A stretch of DNA of 42,081 nt, from positions 1 to 42,081 of the forward strand of contig NZMM01000094.1 in assembly GCA_002694585.1 (NCBI GenBank). The letters are read 5' to 3'. Shown here piece after piece: positions 18,009 through 26,043 of the stretch (the stretch's first letter is position 1; each line of letters opens with the position of its first letter). Below the pieces are notes generated by a model. It saw only the letters and a program-made list of their open reading frames with translations. It did not search any database and had not been told where the DNA came from. The stretch is from Methanobacteriota archaeon. Its GTDB lineage: Archaea > Thermoplasmatota > Poseidoniia > Poseidoniales > Poseidoniaceae. Position numbers and translations under genes: made by a program.

Positions 18009-20852
18009 TCAGTCGTCGAGCAGGTAGGCGCTGGGGTTCGGCTTGAGCGGACGGGCGTACCAGAGCGGACGACGCAGACCGGAATCGTTGGTACCGGCCG
18101 GGCGGGTCTTGCTCATCCAGTCGAGGTAGGCCTCACGAGACTTCGCCGTGTCGACCACGACGTCGCCGTACTCGTCGCCGGGCTGAGCCGGCGTGACATG
18201 CACCCGCTGATGCCAGCACTGCATGCCCGAGATCGGGTCGGGCTGCACACAGAACGTCGCGTTCTGATGCACGCCGGTGTCCTTCCACCAGATGCGGGAG
18301 GTGTCGTCATCGTCGGAGTCGTAGGCCTCGATGCCCTGCTCGCGCTGGAGCTTCCACGTGGTGCCACCCCCGTCGTTCTGCTGGGCGGTGATCGACGCCT
18401 TGCCGGCGCCCCATGAACGGGCCTTATCGTCCTCGAGCCGCCAGCGGCCCATGTGATGCGAGGCAGCGACGACACCCGGTCGGATGCCCTCGGTGCGCCA
18501 GGCCTGGATCACGAAGTGGCCGATGCGGGTCGTGATCCGCACGAGGCCACTCTCCTCGATCTCGAGCTTCTCGGCATCTTCCGGGTGGATCCACAACGGG
18601 TGCCGGTGGCTGATCTCGTTGAGCCACTTGGAGTTGGCCGAACGCGTATGGATCAGGGTCGGAATGCGGAAGGTCGGGAGCAGGATGCGTTCCGTACCCG
18701 CCATGTCGAGGTCTTCCCAGTGCACATGGCTCGGAATCCATTTCGGCGTGGCGTATTCGGGCCAGCCCCATTCCTTGAGGGTGGTGGAGAACAGTTCGAG
18801 CTTCTTGGACGGCGTCGGGAAGCCCTCCTTCGCCTCACCGTCGATCTCAACCGCAGGTGAACCGTCGCCGAGCGGGGCGAGCTTCAGGTCGGCAAGGGTC
18901 GACAGGTCGCCGTCCCACGAACCTGGAGTGCCGGCTTTGCGGTACACGCCATCGGCGTCGACCTCGCAACCGGCAAGGGCATCGGCCGAAACCGAGCGCT
19001 CGTAGGGCTCGTAGGGGACCGTCGGCACGGCGAACGACGAGCGGTTGCGCATGTATTCGAGCGGGGTCTCCCCCACCTCGGCGGCCGCTTCGGCGAGGCC
19101 GGGGACCTCGTTCTCGAACATCTTGCCGTAGTACTCGTCGACGCTGAGGGGCTTCTCGACGTCGTCGGGCGACTGGAACCACTCGCGGATACCGAGCGAA
19201 CCGTCAGGGTCGATCTTCCAGGAGAGATCGATCCAGAACTCGTTCTCCTCCCAGACCTCACCTGGGTTGTACTCGAACGTACGAGTGCCTTCGGGCAGGT
19301 CGCCCCCGGCCTGGATCTCGGCGAAACGGCGGAAGGTGGGCTGGCGGAAACTCACCCAGCGACCGGCATGGGTCTCGTAGGAGGTGATGTCGTGCCGTTC
19401 GGCACCCACCCCCATCGGTAGGACGTAGTCGGCGAACCACGACGTCTCGGACCAGGTCGGGGTGAGCGCCACGTGACACTTCACCTTCGTTTCGTCCTTC
19501 AACGCCTCCATCCAGGTGAAGCCGTCGGGATTGGTCCAGATCGGGTTGTAGACCCGGCTGAAGTAGACGTCGAGCGTGCCGCGGCCCTCGTTGAGGAAGT
19601 GCGGCAGCAGGATCGACATCTCGTGGTAAGCGAGCGGGAACTCCTTGGGCCACTCGAGGTGGTTCCACTCGTGGGTGTTCGGCGCACCGATCGGGTCGTG
19701 CGGCTTGAACTTGTTCATGCCGTTGCCGGCGGTACCGCCCTTGGTGGCGACCGAACCGGTGAGCACGTTCAGGAAGAAGAGACAGCGGGCGACCTGCCAA
19801 CCGCCCATGTTGCCGGCGCCGGCGGCCCGCCAGTTGTGGCTGGCGAACTTCGTCGGGTTGGCGCCGATCACTGCAGCGATCTCGCGGATGGTGTCGGCGT
19901 CGATGCCGGTCTTTTGCTCGGCGGCTTCGGGGGTGTACTCGGCGTACTCCTCGAGCAGCGCGGCCCGGAGCTGCGAGAACTCGACCGGTTTTCCGGGGAC
20001 CCGCTCCTTCAGGTAGGTCTCCCAGTTGACCCATCGCTCGACGAACTCGGCGTTCCACTCCTCGGACTCGATCAGCAGGCGAGCGATCGAGAGCAGAAGG
20101 AACGGCTCGGTGCCGGGCCACGTGGGCAGCCAGTAGTCGGCTTTGGCGCCGGTGTTCGAGAGGCGAGGATCGCAGGCGATGACCTTGGCACCGTTGGCCT
20201 GCGCCTCGATGATGCGCTGCGCGTGCGGGTTGAAGTAGTGCCCTGACTCGAGGTGGGAGGAGATCAAGAAGATCACCTTGGCGTTGGCGAAGTCGGAGCT
20301 GGGCCGGTCGTGGCCCATCCAACTCTGGTAGCCGATCCGGGCGTTGCTCGAGCAGATGTTGGTGTGGCTGTTGTGGCCATCGACGCCCCACGCCTTGAGC
20401 ACACGGTCGGTGTACCCCTCTTCGCCGGGTCGACCGACGTGGTACATCACACCGTTCTTGCGACCCTCGACGAAGGCGGTGCGGATCTTCTCGCCGACCT
20501 CGGTGAGCGCCTCCTCCCACGAGATGCGCTCCCACTGGCCCGAGCCGCGCTCACCGACGCGGCGCAGCGGGAACATGACCCGCTCCGTGTCGTAGATCTG
20601 GTTGAGCGTGGCAGGCCCCTTGGCGCAGTTGCGGCCGCGGCTGCCCGGATGATGCGGGTTGCCCTCGATCTTGCGGATTTCGCCGGTCTCTTTGTCGTGG
20701 TAAGCGACGAGGCCGCACCCGGCTTCACAGTTGAAGCAGGTGGTGGGGACAAGGGTGTAGTTCTTCTCGACCTTGTCGGGCCACGCCTTGGCGTCGAGTT
20801 CGGTCCAGTCGTGCCACTGCTCGGCCGGCGGGTACTTGTTGAGATCAGTCAT
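18009..20852 (-). CDS. molybdopterin (bis-MGD, DMSO-reductase/MopB superfamily) oxidoreductase catalytic subunit without a Tat or Sec signal; SoeA-like by inference
   Basis: 947 aa. An N-terminal 4Fe-4S motif CFNCEAGCG ... C (RGRNCAKG) follows a signal-less, RR-less N-terminus MTDLNKYPPAEQWHDW. The candidate Mo-ligand region is HTNICSSNAR. The C-terminal barrel block is WIHPEDAEKLEIEESGLVRITTRIGHFV. Confidence 0.85.
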   Translation of the reverse strand: MTDLNKYPPAEQWHDWTELDAKAWPDKVEKNYTLVPTTCFNCEAGCGLVAYHDKETGEIRKIEGNPHHPGSRGRNCAKGPATLNQIYDTERVMFPLRRVGERGSGQWERISWEEALTEVGEKIRTAFVEGRKNGVMYHVGRPGEEGYTDRVLKAWGVDGHNSHTNICSSNARIGYQSWMGHDRPSSDFANAKVIFLISSHLESGHYFNPHAQRIIEAQANGAKVIACDPRLSNTGAKADYWLPTWPGTEPFLLLSIARLLIESEEWNAEFVERWVNWETYLKERVPGKPVEFSQLRAALLEEYAEYTPEAAEQKTGIDADTIREIAAVIGANPTKFASHNWRAAGAGNMGGWQVARCLFFLNVLTGSVATKGGTAGNGMNKFKPHDPIGAPNTHEWNHLEWPKEFPLAYHEMSILLPHFLNEGRGTLDVYFSRVYNPIWTNPDGFTWMEALKDETKVKCHVALTPTWSETSWFADYVLPMGVGAERHDITSYETHAGRWVSFRQPTFRRFAEIQAGGDLPEGTRTFEYNPGEVWEENEFWIDLSWKIDPDGSLGIREWFQSPDDVEKPLSVDEYYGKMFENEVPGLAEAAAEVGETPLEYMRNRSSFAVPTVPYEPYERSVSADALAGCEVDADGVYRKAGTPGSWDGDLSTLADLKLAPLGDGSPAVEIDGEAKEGFPTPSKKLELFSTTLKEWGWPEYATPKWIPSHVHWEDLDMAGTERILLPTFRIPTLIHTRSANSKWLNEISHRHPLWIHPEDAEKLEIEESGLVRITTRIGHFVIQAWRTEGIRPGVVAASHHMGRWRLEDDKARSWGAGKASITAQQNDGGGTTWKLQREQGIEAYDSDDDDTSRIWWKDTGVHQNATFCVQPDPISGMQCWHQRVHVTPAQPGDEYGDVVVDTAKSREAYLDWMSKTRPAGTNDSGLRRPLWYARPLKPNPSAYLLDD

Positions 20853-20879
20853 CGGTTTCAGCTTTCGGCGAGCAGACGA

Positions 20880-22454
20880 TCAGGAGAGAGGGACGGACTG
20901 GCCGGCCCGGACGAAGGCGTCTTCGTAGGCGAAGAGGCCGGCGACCGCGGCGATGCCGGCGGCGGCGAGCGGGGCGGGGCTCGAGATGTCGGTGGCGAGC
21001 ACGAGGATCGCGATCGCGGCCGGCACGACCAACCCGACCGTGATCCCACCGACCCAGAACTGTCGGGCGTACCGGCCGCGGGTCATCGTCTCAACGGCGA
21101 GTTCGACATGGCGGCTGCCGTGACTGGCGAGCTCCATCCAGACGAAGGCGCCGGTGGCCACGACACCACCGAGCAGCACCCACGCGATGGCGTCCTGCTC
21201 AGGCAGATCCATGAACACATCGAGCACGGCATAGGTGGCACCGCCGGCGGTGACGGCCTGGGCGAGCAGCACGGGTAGCAGCAGCGGGGTCTGCCACAGA
21301 TCGCGGCCTTCACACTGGGCGAAGAGGTACGCGGTGTAGCCGGCCGTCCCGAGGGCGCCCAGTGCAGCAGGGACGGCGACGATCTCGATCAGGCCATCGT
21401 TCTCGGTGAGGCCACCGACCCACCACAGGCCGCACATCGCAGCGAAGAACATCAAGACGTAGGCGCCCTTCACCAGCCACGAGTCGGTGTTGCCCCTGGT
21501 GAGCAGATAGTGGAATCGGGTCGGCTGCTTGAGGTCGGCGATCAACAACACGCCGGTGATCCCGAGGAAGACGCCAGCGACCATTGGCGGCACGACACCG
21601 ACCGCAGCCTGCTCGGCGGCGTGCCCCAGCAACACGAGCAGCGCAGCGACCAGTATCACGCCGGCCGCGATCGCTTTGGTGACCAGGTAGCCCGACACCT
21701 TTTCCTTCCACGTCATCATGTGCGTGGTGGTGTACGCCGTGCGGGCGACAACACCGTCGAGATCGGCCGGCTTCTGACCGATCGAGACCGGAACCGTCGG
21801 GTGGTTCTTGTCGTGGGTGCCGGTGATCGTGTCGGCCCAGATCATGCCGTCGTTCGCGATCGCGGTGCGGGTCGGGTCAAGCGATGCCTGGTCAGCGCCC
21901 CGGTAGTAGACCTTCGGCTTGGTGTTTTGTTCCGGGGCCCGGACGGCGACGTCGTCCCGAGCGATGATCCTGGAGATCTCCGAGTTGGGGTCGTCGAGAT
22001 CACCGATCTTGATCGCCTCGGTCGGACACACGATCTGGCACGACGGCTCGAGGTTCATCTCGATGCGGTGGTTGCACATGTTGCACTTGTGCGCCGTGTT
22101 GGTCTCGGGGTTGATGTACAGCGCGTCGTACGGGCAGGCGTTCATGCACGACTTGCACCCGATGCAGTTGTCGTCCTGGAAGTCGACGACGCCGTTCTCG
22201 GCTCGATAGAGCGCCGAGGTTGGGCAGATCTTCATGCACGGCGCGTCGTCGCACTGGTTGCATCGCATCACCGAGAACTTGCGGGCGACGTCGGGGAACG
22301 TGCCGGTCTCGATGTATTTCACCCAGGTGCGGTTCACCCCGAGGGGGACGTCGTGCTCGCTTTTACAGGCGACGGTGCAGGCGTGACAGCCGATGCAACT
22401 GTCGCTGTCGAGGAGGAAACCCAGTCGTGTCACCCTCACAGTGTCGGTCGACAT
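20880..22454 (-). CDS. fusion of a 4x[4Fe-4S] ferredoxin subunit (DmsB/PsrB/SoeB-like) to an NrfD/PsrC-type 8-helix quinone-interacting membrane anchor
   Basis: ORF 20880..22823 trimmed to ATG 22454 (MSTDTVRVTRLGF). Four Cys clusters are present: CIGCHACTVAC, CNQCDDAPCMKIC, CIGCKSCMNAC and CNMCNHRIEMNLEPSCQIVC. About 8 hydrophobic helices follow. The longer ORF would overlap the LysR gene with junk sequence. Confidence 0.85.
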   Translation of the reverse strand: MSTDTVRVTRLGFLLDSDSCIGCHACTVACKSEHDVPLGVNRTWVKYIETGTFPDVARKFSVMRCNQCDDAPCMKICPTSALYRAENGVVDFQDDNCIGCKSCMNACPYDALYINPETNTAHKCNMCNHRIEMNLEPSCQIVCPTEAIKIGDLDDPNSEISRIIARDDVAVRAPEQNTKPKVYYRGADQASLDPTRTAIANDGMIWADTITGTHDKNHPTVPVSIGQKPADLDGVVARTAYTTTHMMTWKEKVSGYLVTKAIAAGVILVAALLVLLGHAAEQAAVGVVPPMVAGVFLGITGVLLIADLKQPTRFHYLLTRGNTDSWLVKGAYVLMFFAAMCGLWWVGGLTENDGLIEIVAVPAALGALGTAGYTAYLFAQCEGRDLWQTPLLLPVLLAQAVTAGGATYAVLDVFMDLPEQDAIAWVLLGGVVATGAFVWMELASHGSRHVELAVETMTRGRYARQFWVGGITVGLVVPAAIAILVLATDISSPAPLAAAGIAAVAGLFAYEDAFVRAGQSVPLS

Positions 22455-22463
22455 CGGGTCCAG

Positions 22464-22486
22464 CGATAGAGGGTCGTGCTCTATCG
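22464..22486. promoter_or_regulatory. perfect inverted repeat CGATAGAG-N7-CTCTATCG (candidate LysR recognition site)
   Basis: Read directly from the sequence. Lies in the 49-bp divergent gap between the FeS-NrfD gene (ATG 22454) and the LysR gene (ATG 22504). Confidence 0.5.
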
Positions 22487-22490
22487 CGCC

Positions 22491-22505
22491 ATAGAATGTC
22501 TCTAT
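22491..22505 (+). promoter_or_regulatory. second dyad ATAGA-N5-TCTAT containing a TAGAAT -10-like hexamer 6 nt before the LysR ATG
   Basis: ATAGAATGTCTCTAT shares the ATAGA/TCTAT half-sites of the first dyad. TAGAAT at 22492-22497, then 6 nt, then ATG 22504 implies a leaderless LysR mRNA. Confidence 0.4.
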
Positions 22506-23400
22506 GCCTTTGCCGGCGTCGTTCCCCGAACTCGCATCGCTCGACCTCTTCGTTTCGGTGGTCGAGCTCGGCAGTGTGTCGCGGGCGGCGGCTGCCCATG
22601 GGGTCAGCCAGCCGTCGGCGAGCAGCCGAATCAAGCATCTCGAACGCCAGCTCGGGATGCGACTCCTCGACCGAGGACCCAGCGGATCGCTCCCGACCGA
22701 CGCCGGGGTGGTCGTCGCTGGCTGGGCCGAGACGATCCTGCGCGCCGCCCATGAGCTCGAGGCCGGCCTCTCCGCCTTCCAGGCCGCCCAGGCGGGACGT
22801 CTCCGGATCGTCGCCAGCTTCACGATCGCCGAGTACCTCCTCCCCCAATGGCTCGACCGTTTCTCACGCGATCACCCCCGGGATTCGATCGCTCTCGAAG
22901 TGGCGAACTCCACCACCGTGATCGACCGGCTGCGCCACGGCGCCGCCGACCTCGGCTTCATCGAGACCCCGTCGGAGCTCGACGGCCTCGATGAGGCCAC
23001 CGTCGGCAACGACGAACTCGTCACCGTTGTCGCACCCAGCCATCCGTGGGCGACACCTCGCACGGTGCCGGTCGAGGCGCTCGCTGCCACCCCTCTGGTC
23101 ATGCGCGAGGCGGGCTCCGGCACCCGAGCTGCACTGGCGGCGGCCTTGCGGGATCTCGGCCTCGGCGAACCGAGCGCCGTGCTCGAACTCGGCTCGACAT
23201 CAGCCGTTCGGGCCGCCGTCGTTCACGGCAACTCCCCCACCGTGATCAGCCGGCTTGCGGTCGCGGCGGAGGTCGCCGCCGGACAGCTGGTGGAGATCGA
23301 CGTGCCTGGCCTGTCGGTCGCCCGTCACCTCCGGGCCGTGTGGCCAGCGGGCACGGCGCTGCCGTCACTCGCCCGCGAACTTCTCGACGACATCCGGTGA
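22504..23400 (+). CDS. LysR-family transcriptional regulator
   Basis: 298 aa. N-terminal wHTH is LFVSVVELGSVSRAAAAHGVSQPSASSRIKHLERQLG, followed by a C-terminal substrate-binding domain. Confidence 0.9.
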   Translation: MPLPASFPELASLDLFVSVVELGSVSRAAAAHGVSQPSASSRIKHLERQLGMRLLDRGPSGSLPTDAGVVVAGWAETILRAAHELEAGLSAFQAAQAGRLRIVASFTIAEYLLPQWLDRFSRDHPRDSIALEVANSTTVIDRLRHGAADLGFIETPSELDGLDEATVGNDELVTVVAPSHPWATPRTVPVEALAATPLVMREAGSGTRAALAAALRDLGLGEPSAVLELGSTSAVRAAVVHGNSPTVISRLAVAAEVAAGQLVEIDVPGLSVARHLRAVWPAGTALPSLARELLDDIR

Positions 23401-23445
23401 CCGCCCTGCTTGCTTGCACGCCGGGCCACCCGCGAGGCTGCTTCC

Positions 23446-24480
23446 GTGAGTGAACCGACCACCCGAGGACTCGACCCTGCCTGGGTCGCCGATCAGATCG
23501 GCGCCGAGCGCGCCACGTTCGACGGCTTCATCGGCACCGGCCAGATTGGGCGCAACGCCCGGTTCTCGATCACCGGCCACGAGGCGACCTCGGTCGTGGT
23601 GAAGGTGCCCGCCGACGATCCGGGTGTCCGTCAGATCGGCTTCGATCAGGGGCTCTACCCCAAGGAGTGCCTCTTCTACCGTGAGATCGTCGACCTCGTC
23701 GAGGTTCGCACACCTCGTCCGCTGGCCGTCGACATCGATCCGGCAGCGGTCGACTTCGCGCTCGTCCTTGAGGACATGGCCCAGTCGGAGGCGGGCGACC
23801 AGTTCACCGAGGCGACCGACGACGAACTCTCGCTCGCCGTTGAGCAGGCCGCCCGGTTGCACGGGCCAACATGGGGGGCCGAACACGCCGCCCTACAGGA
23901 TCTCCGTGGTGGCGACGAAGGCCGGACGGCAATGGCAGGAATCCTCGAGATGTTCCTTCCGATGTGTCTCGATCGCCTCGACGGTCGCCTCGACGACGAC
24001 ACCATCCCGGTCCTGCACCGTTTCGTCGAGCTCGCCTCGCTCTGGCTCCACCGCAAGATCGCGACCGAAGGGCTCGTCCACGCCGACTTCCGGCCCGACA
24101 ACTTCCTCTTCGGTCGCACCGACGACGCACCGCCACTCGCCGTCGTCGACTGGCAGACCCTGACCATCGGCGCCTCGGTCTCCGATGTCGCCTACCTGCT
24201 CGGCGCCGCCATCGACCCGGCTCGTCGCCGTGAAGTCGAGCACGATCAGCTCGCCACCTATCGCGACCTGCTCGCCGGTTACGGCGTCGAGTACGACACC
24301 GAGACCTGTTGGGACGAGTACGCGCTTGCGTCGCTGCACGGCATCGTCGTCGGGATCACGGCGACGATCATGGCCACCGAGACCGAACGCGGAAACAACC
24401 TGTTCGCGTTAATGCTCAACCGGCACGCACGACACGCCATCGATGTCGACGCACTCGACCGTCTGGCGGCCCTCGCCTGA
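23446..24480 (+). CDS. phosphotransferase-fold (APH/ChoK/EcKL-like) kinase family protein
   Basis: Catalytic loop VHADFRPDNFLF, the metal-binding motif VVDWQT, and a Lys in VVVKVP. The start is uncertain: GTG 23446 (GAGG upstream) or TTG 23410. Confidence 0.75.
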   Translation: MSEPTTRGLDPAWVADQIGAERATFDGFIGTGQIGRNARFSITGHEATSVVVKVPADDPGVRQIGFDQGLYPKECLFYREIVDLVEVRTPRPLAVDIDPAAVDFALVLEDMAQSEAGDQFTEATDDELSLAVEQAARLHGPTWGAEHAALQDLRGGDEGRTAMAGILEMFLPMCLDRLDGRLDDDTIPVLHRFVELASLWLHRKIATEGLVHADFRPDNFLFGRTDDAPPLAVVDWQTLTIGASVSDVAYLLGAAIDPARRREVEHDQLATYRDLLAGYGVEYDTETCWDEYALASLHGIVVGITATIMATETERGNNLFALMLNRHARHAIDVDALDRLAALA

Positions 24481-24481
24481 A

Positions 24482-25037
24482 TCACCGCCGAAGGCGCGCG
24501 GCGACTTCGGCGATCACCTCGAGCTCGGTCTCAGGATCCGGGCCGCACGCCTTGAGGCTCAGCGTCTTGGCTCCTGCTTCGACGAAGGGTTCGAGAAAGG
24601 CGACGATGTCGTCGGCGGTGCCGACCGGCGTGTACTTCTCGAACGGCTCAAACGGCATGCCGTAGAACCGCTGCATCCCGGCGGCGACGTGGGTGCGTCC
24701 CTCGGCTGCGTCGTTGCCGACCCCGGCCCAGATCTGGAGGCCGTGGTGCCAGTCGACATCTCGATCGATACCGACCTGCTCGACAAGCGCCGTGCCCTCG
24801 GCGAAGCGCCAGGAGCATCACGCCCAGGCGGAGACCCGGGCGGGGCTCCAATGCGCCCAGCGCAGCGAGCCGGACCGGACCGTCGATCCCGCTGCCGTCG
24901 ATGAAACTGACATGATCCGCCGTGAAGACTTGATCGATGCCAGCGTCGGCGATCGCGGCAAGGGCGGCCCGCTGGGCATCCGGATCGAACCGGCCGAGAT
25001 CGTCCGGCGCGCTGAGGCCGATCTGCAGATCGCTCAT
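24482..25037 (-). pseudogene. luciferase-like monooxygenase (LLM, F420-dependent type) remnant with an internal deletion plus frameshift
   Basis: The N-terminal ~75 aa (MSDLQIGLS ... IDQVFTADHVSF ... LRLGVMLLAL) are in one frame. The C-terminal ~110 aa (RFAEGTALVEQ ... LQIWAGVGNDAAEG ... MQRFYGMPFEPFEKYTPVGTADDIVAFLEPFVEAGAKTL) are in another. The frames join near 24800-24810. About 185 codons total is too short for an LLM TIM barrel. Confidence 0.6.
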
Positions 25038-25453
25038 CCGAACGGATTGCTGACGGTCTCGATGTTGAGTTGGCCGGCGAGCCCGGCGGCGCGATGCACG
25101 GCCGCCTCGTTCCACTCCGGCGATGTCGACATCGCCCACAGCGCCGCACGATTCGGGTACTTGGCGATGGCGACCTCGTCCCAGAGTTCCTCGACCTGAC
25201 CGAGCGAGAGGAAGGTGACGTCCCCGACGAAGATCACCTCACCGTCGTACTGCCGGATGATCTGGCTTACGGCCTGGCCGTAGAGGCCGTACGCCTCGCG
25301 CCCGCTGAGGTCGGTCTCGCGTCCGTCCGCGTACTCGGCGCGCTCTTTGAACTTCAAGAGGTTGACCATGAAGATCGGCCCCTCAGGCCCCTCGGCCATC
25401 ATCTCGGTGATGCGGTCGGGGTCGGTCGGCAGGACCTCGTTGATCACGTCCAT
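25034..25453 (-). CDS. DUF1330 domain protein
   Basis: ORF 25034..26137 trimmed to ATG 25453 with AGGAGGAG upstream. The 139 aa include PIFMVNLLKFKERAEY ... VAIAKYPNRAALWAMSTSPEW. The stop overlaps the LLM remnant start (ATGA). Confidence 0.75.
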   Translation of the reverse strand: MDVINEVLPTDPDRITEMMAEGPEGPIFMVNLLKFKERAEYADGRETDLSGREAYGLYGQAVSQIIRQYDGEVIFVGDVTFLSLGQVEELWDEVAIAKYPNRAALWAMSTSPEWNEAAVHRAAGLAGQLNIETVSNPFG

Positions 25454-25470
25454 TGTGTGCTCCTCCTGGA

Positions 25471-26022
25471 TCAACCGAAGGCGGCGTCGGCGGTGGGCAC
25501 GGTGCCCGTCTCCCGACCTTCCACCGCGTGCAGGCTCCACATCAAGTTCGCGTGCGAGATCACCGAAGCAGGATCGGTGCCGCCCCACTCGCTGAGGTCC
25601 TCGGTGGTGTGGGCATCGCTGACCAGGACGGCGCCGTAGCCGCGGGCGACCGCTCCATGAAGGGTCGATGTGATGCAGGCATCGGTCTGCGCGCCAGCGA
25701 CCACCAACGACCCGACGTCGAGCCCGGCGAGTACGGCATCGAGTTCGGTGGCCTCGAAGGCGTCGCCATAGGTCTTGTCCACGACCGGTTCGGCGTCGGC
25801 GACCGCAAGCTCGGGAACGAGCTGCCAGGCCGCAGAGCCGTGTTCGAGCTCGTCGTCGCCGTGCATGACCCACACGACCGGCGTATTGGCAGCACGCGCC
25901 CGATCCACAAGCGTCGAGATGTTGGCGACGACCTCGTCGCGGCGAATCGATGGCTCCATCACCCCGACCTGCACGTCGACGATGAGCAGAGCGGTTCCCG
26001 GTCGGTCGGTGGGGATCGTCAT
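25471..26022 (-). CDS. isochorismatase-family cysteine hydrolase
   Basis: 183 aa, with ALLIVDVQ, DKTYGDAF and a nucleophile Cys in VVAGAQTDACI. Confidence 0.88.
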   Translation of the reverse strand: MTIPTDRPGTALLIVDVQVGVMEPSIRRDEVVANISTLVDRARAANTPVVWVMHGDDELEHGSAAWQLVPELAVADAEPVVDKTYGDAFEATELDAVLAGLDVGSLVVAGAQTDACITSTLHGAVARGYGAVLVSDAHTTEDLSEWGGTDPASVISHANLMWSLHAVEGRETGTVPTADAAFG

Positions 26023-26043
26023 GGCCGGATCCTACGAGGGCGG

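Noticed and set aside
20760-20852. A search for a twin-arginine (S/T-R-R-x-F-L-K) or Sec signal at the N-terminus of the Mo catalytic subunit.
   Set aside because: None is present. The N-terminus is acidic and aromatic (MTDLNKYPPAEQWHDWTELD), there is no hydrophobic h-region, and the preceding 27-nt gap offers no in-frame upstream start.
22455-22823. The N-terminal 123-residue extension of the FeS-NrfD ORF (the ORF track starts at 22823).
   Set aside because: The extension overlaps the well-supported LysR gene on the other strand and has junk composition. The FeS-subunit homology begins right at the internal ATG 22454.
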